A DNA stretch of 64,000 bases from positions 248,001-312,000 of the forward strand of contig NW_021832231.1 of assembly GCF_006345805.1 (NCBI RefSeq), given 5' to 3'. The notes beneath the pieces are model-generated. The model was not told the DNA's origin. It searched no databases and saw only the letters and a list, made by a program, of their open reading frames with translations. Positions 62,226-64,000 of the stretch are shown here, piece by piece; positions within the stretch are counted from its first letter, which is position 1, and each line of letters starts with the position of its first letter. This stretch comes from Octopus sinensis. Its lineage: Eukaryota. The translations under genes and the position numbers were made by a program.

Positions 62226-62438
62226 CAGTCCACAATAACTTAAACAAATTGAATTAAATACGATAACAATTTAATTTCCCACCCAAACTAGTTTATTAAA
62301 CAAATAAAGAAATGTCGAATTTTATTAGGAGATGACCCCGCCTGAGAAAAGGATTGACTAGGCGAAGGCATGCTACAATTATCAATAATCATGATAAAAC
62401 AAGTTAAATTAAGTCATAACAAAGAACAGAAATATGAA

Positions 62439-64000
62439 TCAAATAAAGCCAAATGTCTTGACTGAAATAGCGGATAGCAACTTTGATTTGAGCATTGCTT
62501 TGGAAGAATAGAGAGGGAGATACAATCTACAAATGCACGTATTGGCAGTGGGGTAGCGACAGTCCTCCACTGGACGTACACTGATTGAAGGAATGGAAGG
62601 AAACCCGTCATTCGAGGATGGGAGGAAAGGACTGGAAGTCCAGAAATAAAGCTGCATAAAAAACAACACTCAAACCAAGTCATGTTTGTCAGACGTGTCC
62701 ATACGCTCGAAAATATTCCAAAACCAGGAAACAAAAGTATCCACGTTGGACGTGCCTGACTCGTTGGCAATAGTGGTGACGGAAATAAGAAAGGAGAGAT
62801 CCAGTGCACGCACACCCGACAAAATCAGACTCAGATCTTCAGAAGAAAGATGGTCAAACAAATCAGCAGGAACAACCTCCAACACTCCTTGTCGAATTTT
62901 CTAAACAAATGACATGAAAACGTGACTTGGAGAGCAGGTTCGCAACAAGTGACCATACAGTACATGGAATACAGACGGACATACTCCCTCACATTCTCGA
63001 CAGTCACAGGCTCGTCCTCTGATTTGAGTTGTGCGACAAATGAGGTCTACTGAGTAAGTGGGAATGAGTGCCTTATTAATATCAATGCTGGCATTGAATG
63101 TTAGACACAACGAATCCATCTCCTCACATGAAAAACCACACATTTTACGAAGTGACTCGTATAAAATGGGATTGTAAAAGGCAAAGTCGTGCCATGATAT
63201 TTCCCGGTTGATAATATATTTGAGAACATGCCGACACAGATGAATGGGGAGGACTCGACTGAAGAGAAGGCATAGTCCAATAATCCTAAACCCAGTCAAT
63301 CCAAAGCAAACCTCCCCACGTTAAGGAAGGCATTCAATCTGAGAGTGTCACCCTTACCCAAGAATGGAGCAAACACACCAGCCTTGCCCGGCTGCCAGAA
63401 CAGAGGAGAATTGTCAAAGTCAGGTTCGGACTGACTACCAAATAGACGCAGATCAATACTAATTATCCGACAACATATTTGCTGCCTCTTCAATGAAGGA
63501 ATCAAACAATGTCCGCAACATGGACAGACGTTTCAGTTGGACGTCCGGAACTGCAGCAACATTCCAGTAATTTTAGTGGCCAAGGCCTATAACATAATCA
63601 GCCCAAAAATGCCGGGTATTTGTGTCGGACACGTCTGTATATCGTTTTAGCCATTTCGACCATTTGTCCCGTGCACCCATCGGGGTCAGGATTATATGGT
63701 TCTGCGTTCACATTAAATCTACAAATATCACAACACACTCACATTGAGCGTATTTCCTCCGGACGGACTGAATTCTTTTTTTGATGTGACCGAACCAGTG
63801 CCCCTAAACGTGACATACATCGAGCCAACCCAAAGAAACGAGACTGAAGGCAGGGAGAGGCTCATTGGAAGTAAGCGCCTTTGGATAACAAAAAAGGCAT
63901 ACATCAGCCAAAATAGTGAAAAAACTGCGGACTACGCCTTCTCCCCTGCCCGGTTCATTCTTAAAAATGGCGTCGATTTTATTGAGAGTGAACAACTGGG
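62439..64000 (-). CDS. UBR5: HECT E3 ligase UBR5/EDD/hyd, 3' part (continues beyond the window)
   Basis: [25 protein letters not shown]; [10 protein letters not shown]; [25 protein letters not shown]; [24 protein letters not shown]. Confidence 0.95.

Overview
AT-rich eukaryotic, most likely animal, genomic DNA. It uses the standard genetic code and has extremely short spliceosomal introns of about 21-35 nt, so the supplied ORF track fragments nearly every real gene. Micro-introns together with motile-cilium genes (CFAP299, PPIL6, axonemal dynein) and typically animal genes (RALGAPB, UBR5, an ankyrin-TRP channel) suggest a reduced parasitic or symbiotic invertebrate such as a dicyemid; this is inference only. 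Hand-spliced host genes: a PCBP-like KH protein (partial), MRPS23, ETFB, PPP5C, COX6A, uridine-cytidine kinase, a C2H2 zinc-finger gene, an ankyrin-TRP channel, PPIL6, HSD17B12, CFAP299, RPL26, LMAN2/VIP36, RALGAPB and the 3' end of UBR5. Two unrecognised secreted proteins are also present: an LRR protein knocked out by a retrotransposon, and a protein built from about 7 resistin/PCSK9-CHRD-like Cys modules. Between the genes lies dense transposon debris: a young CRE-clade RT-RLE retrotransposon with three further 3' fragments, RTE- and Jockey/I-like LINEs, Merlin, several hAT elements, and a young IR/DR DD35E Tc1 nested in a LINE. Orphan gene fragments include a DNAH1-like 3' end and an S28 peptidase. 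The most notable items are the CRE insertion whose truncated ORF gained an in-frame ATG from the antisense strand of the gene it disrupted, the Cys-module protein, and a head-to-head paralog pair differing by a 22-nt intron. All family calls come from motif recall without database searches, and TE boundaries lacking a TSD or TIR are approximate.
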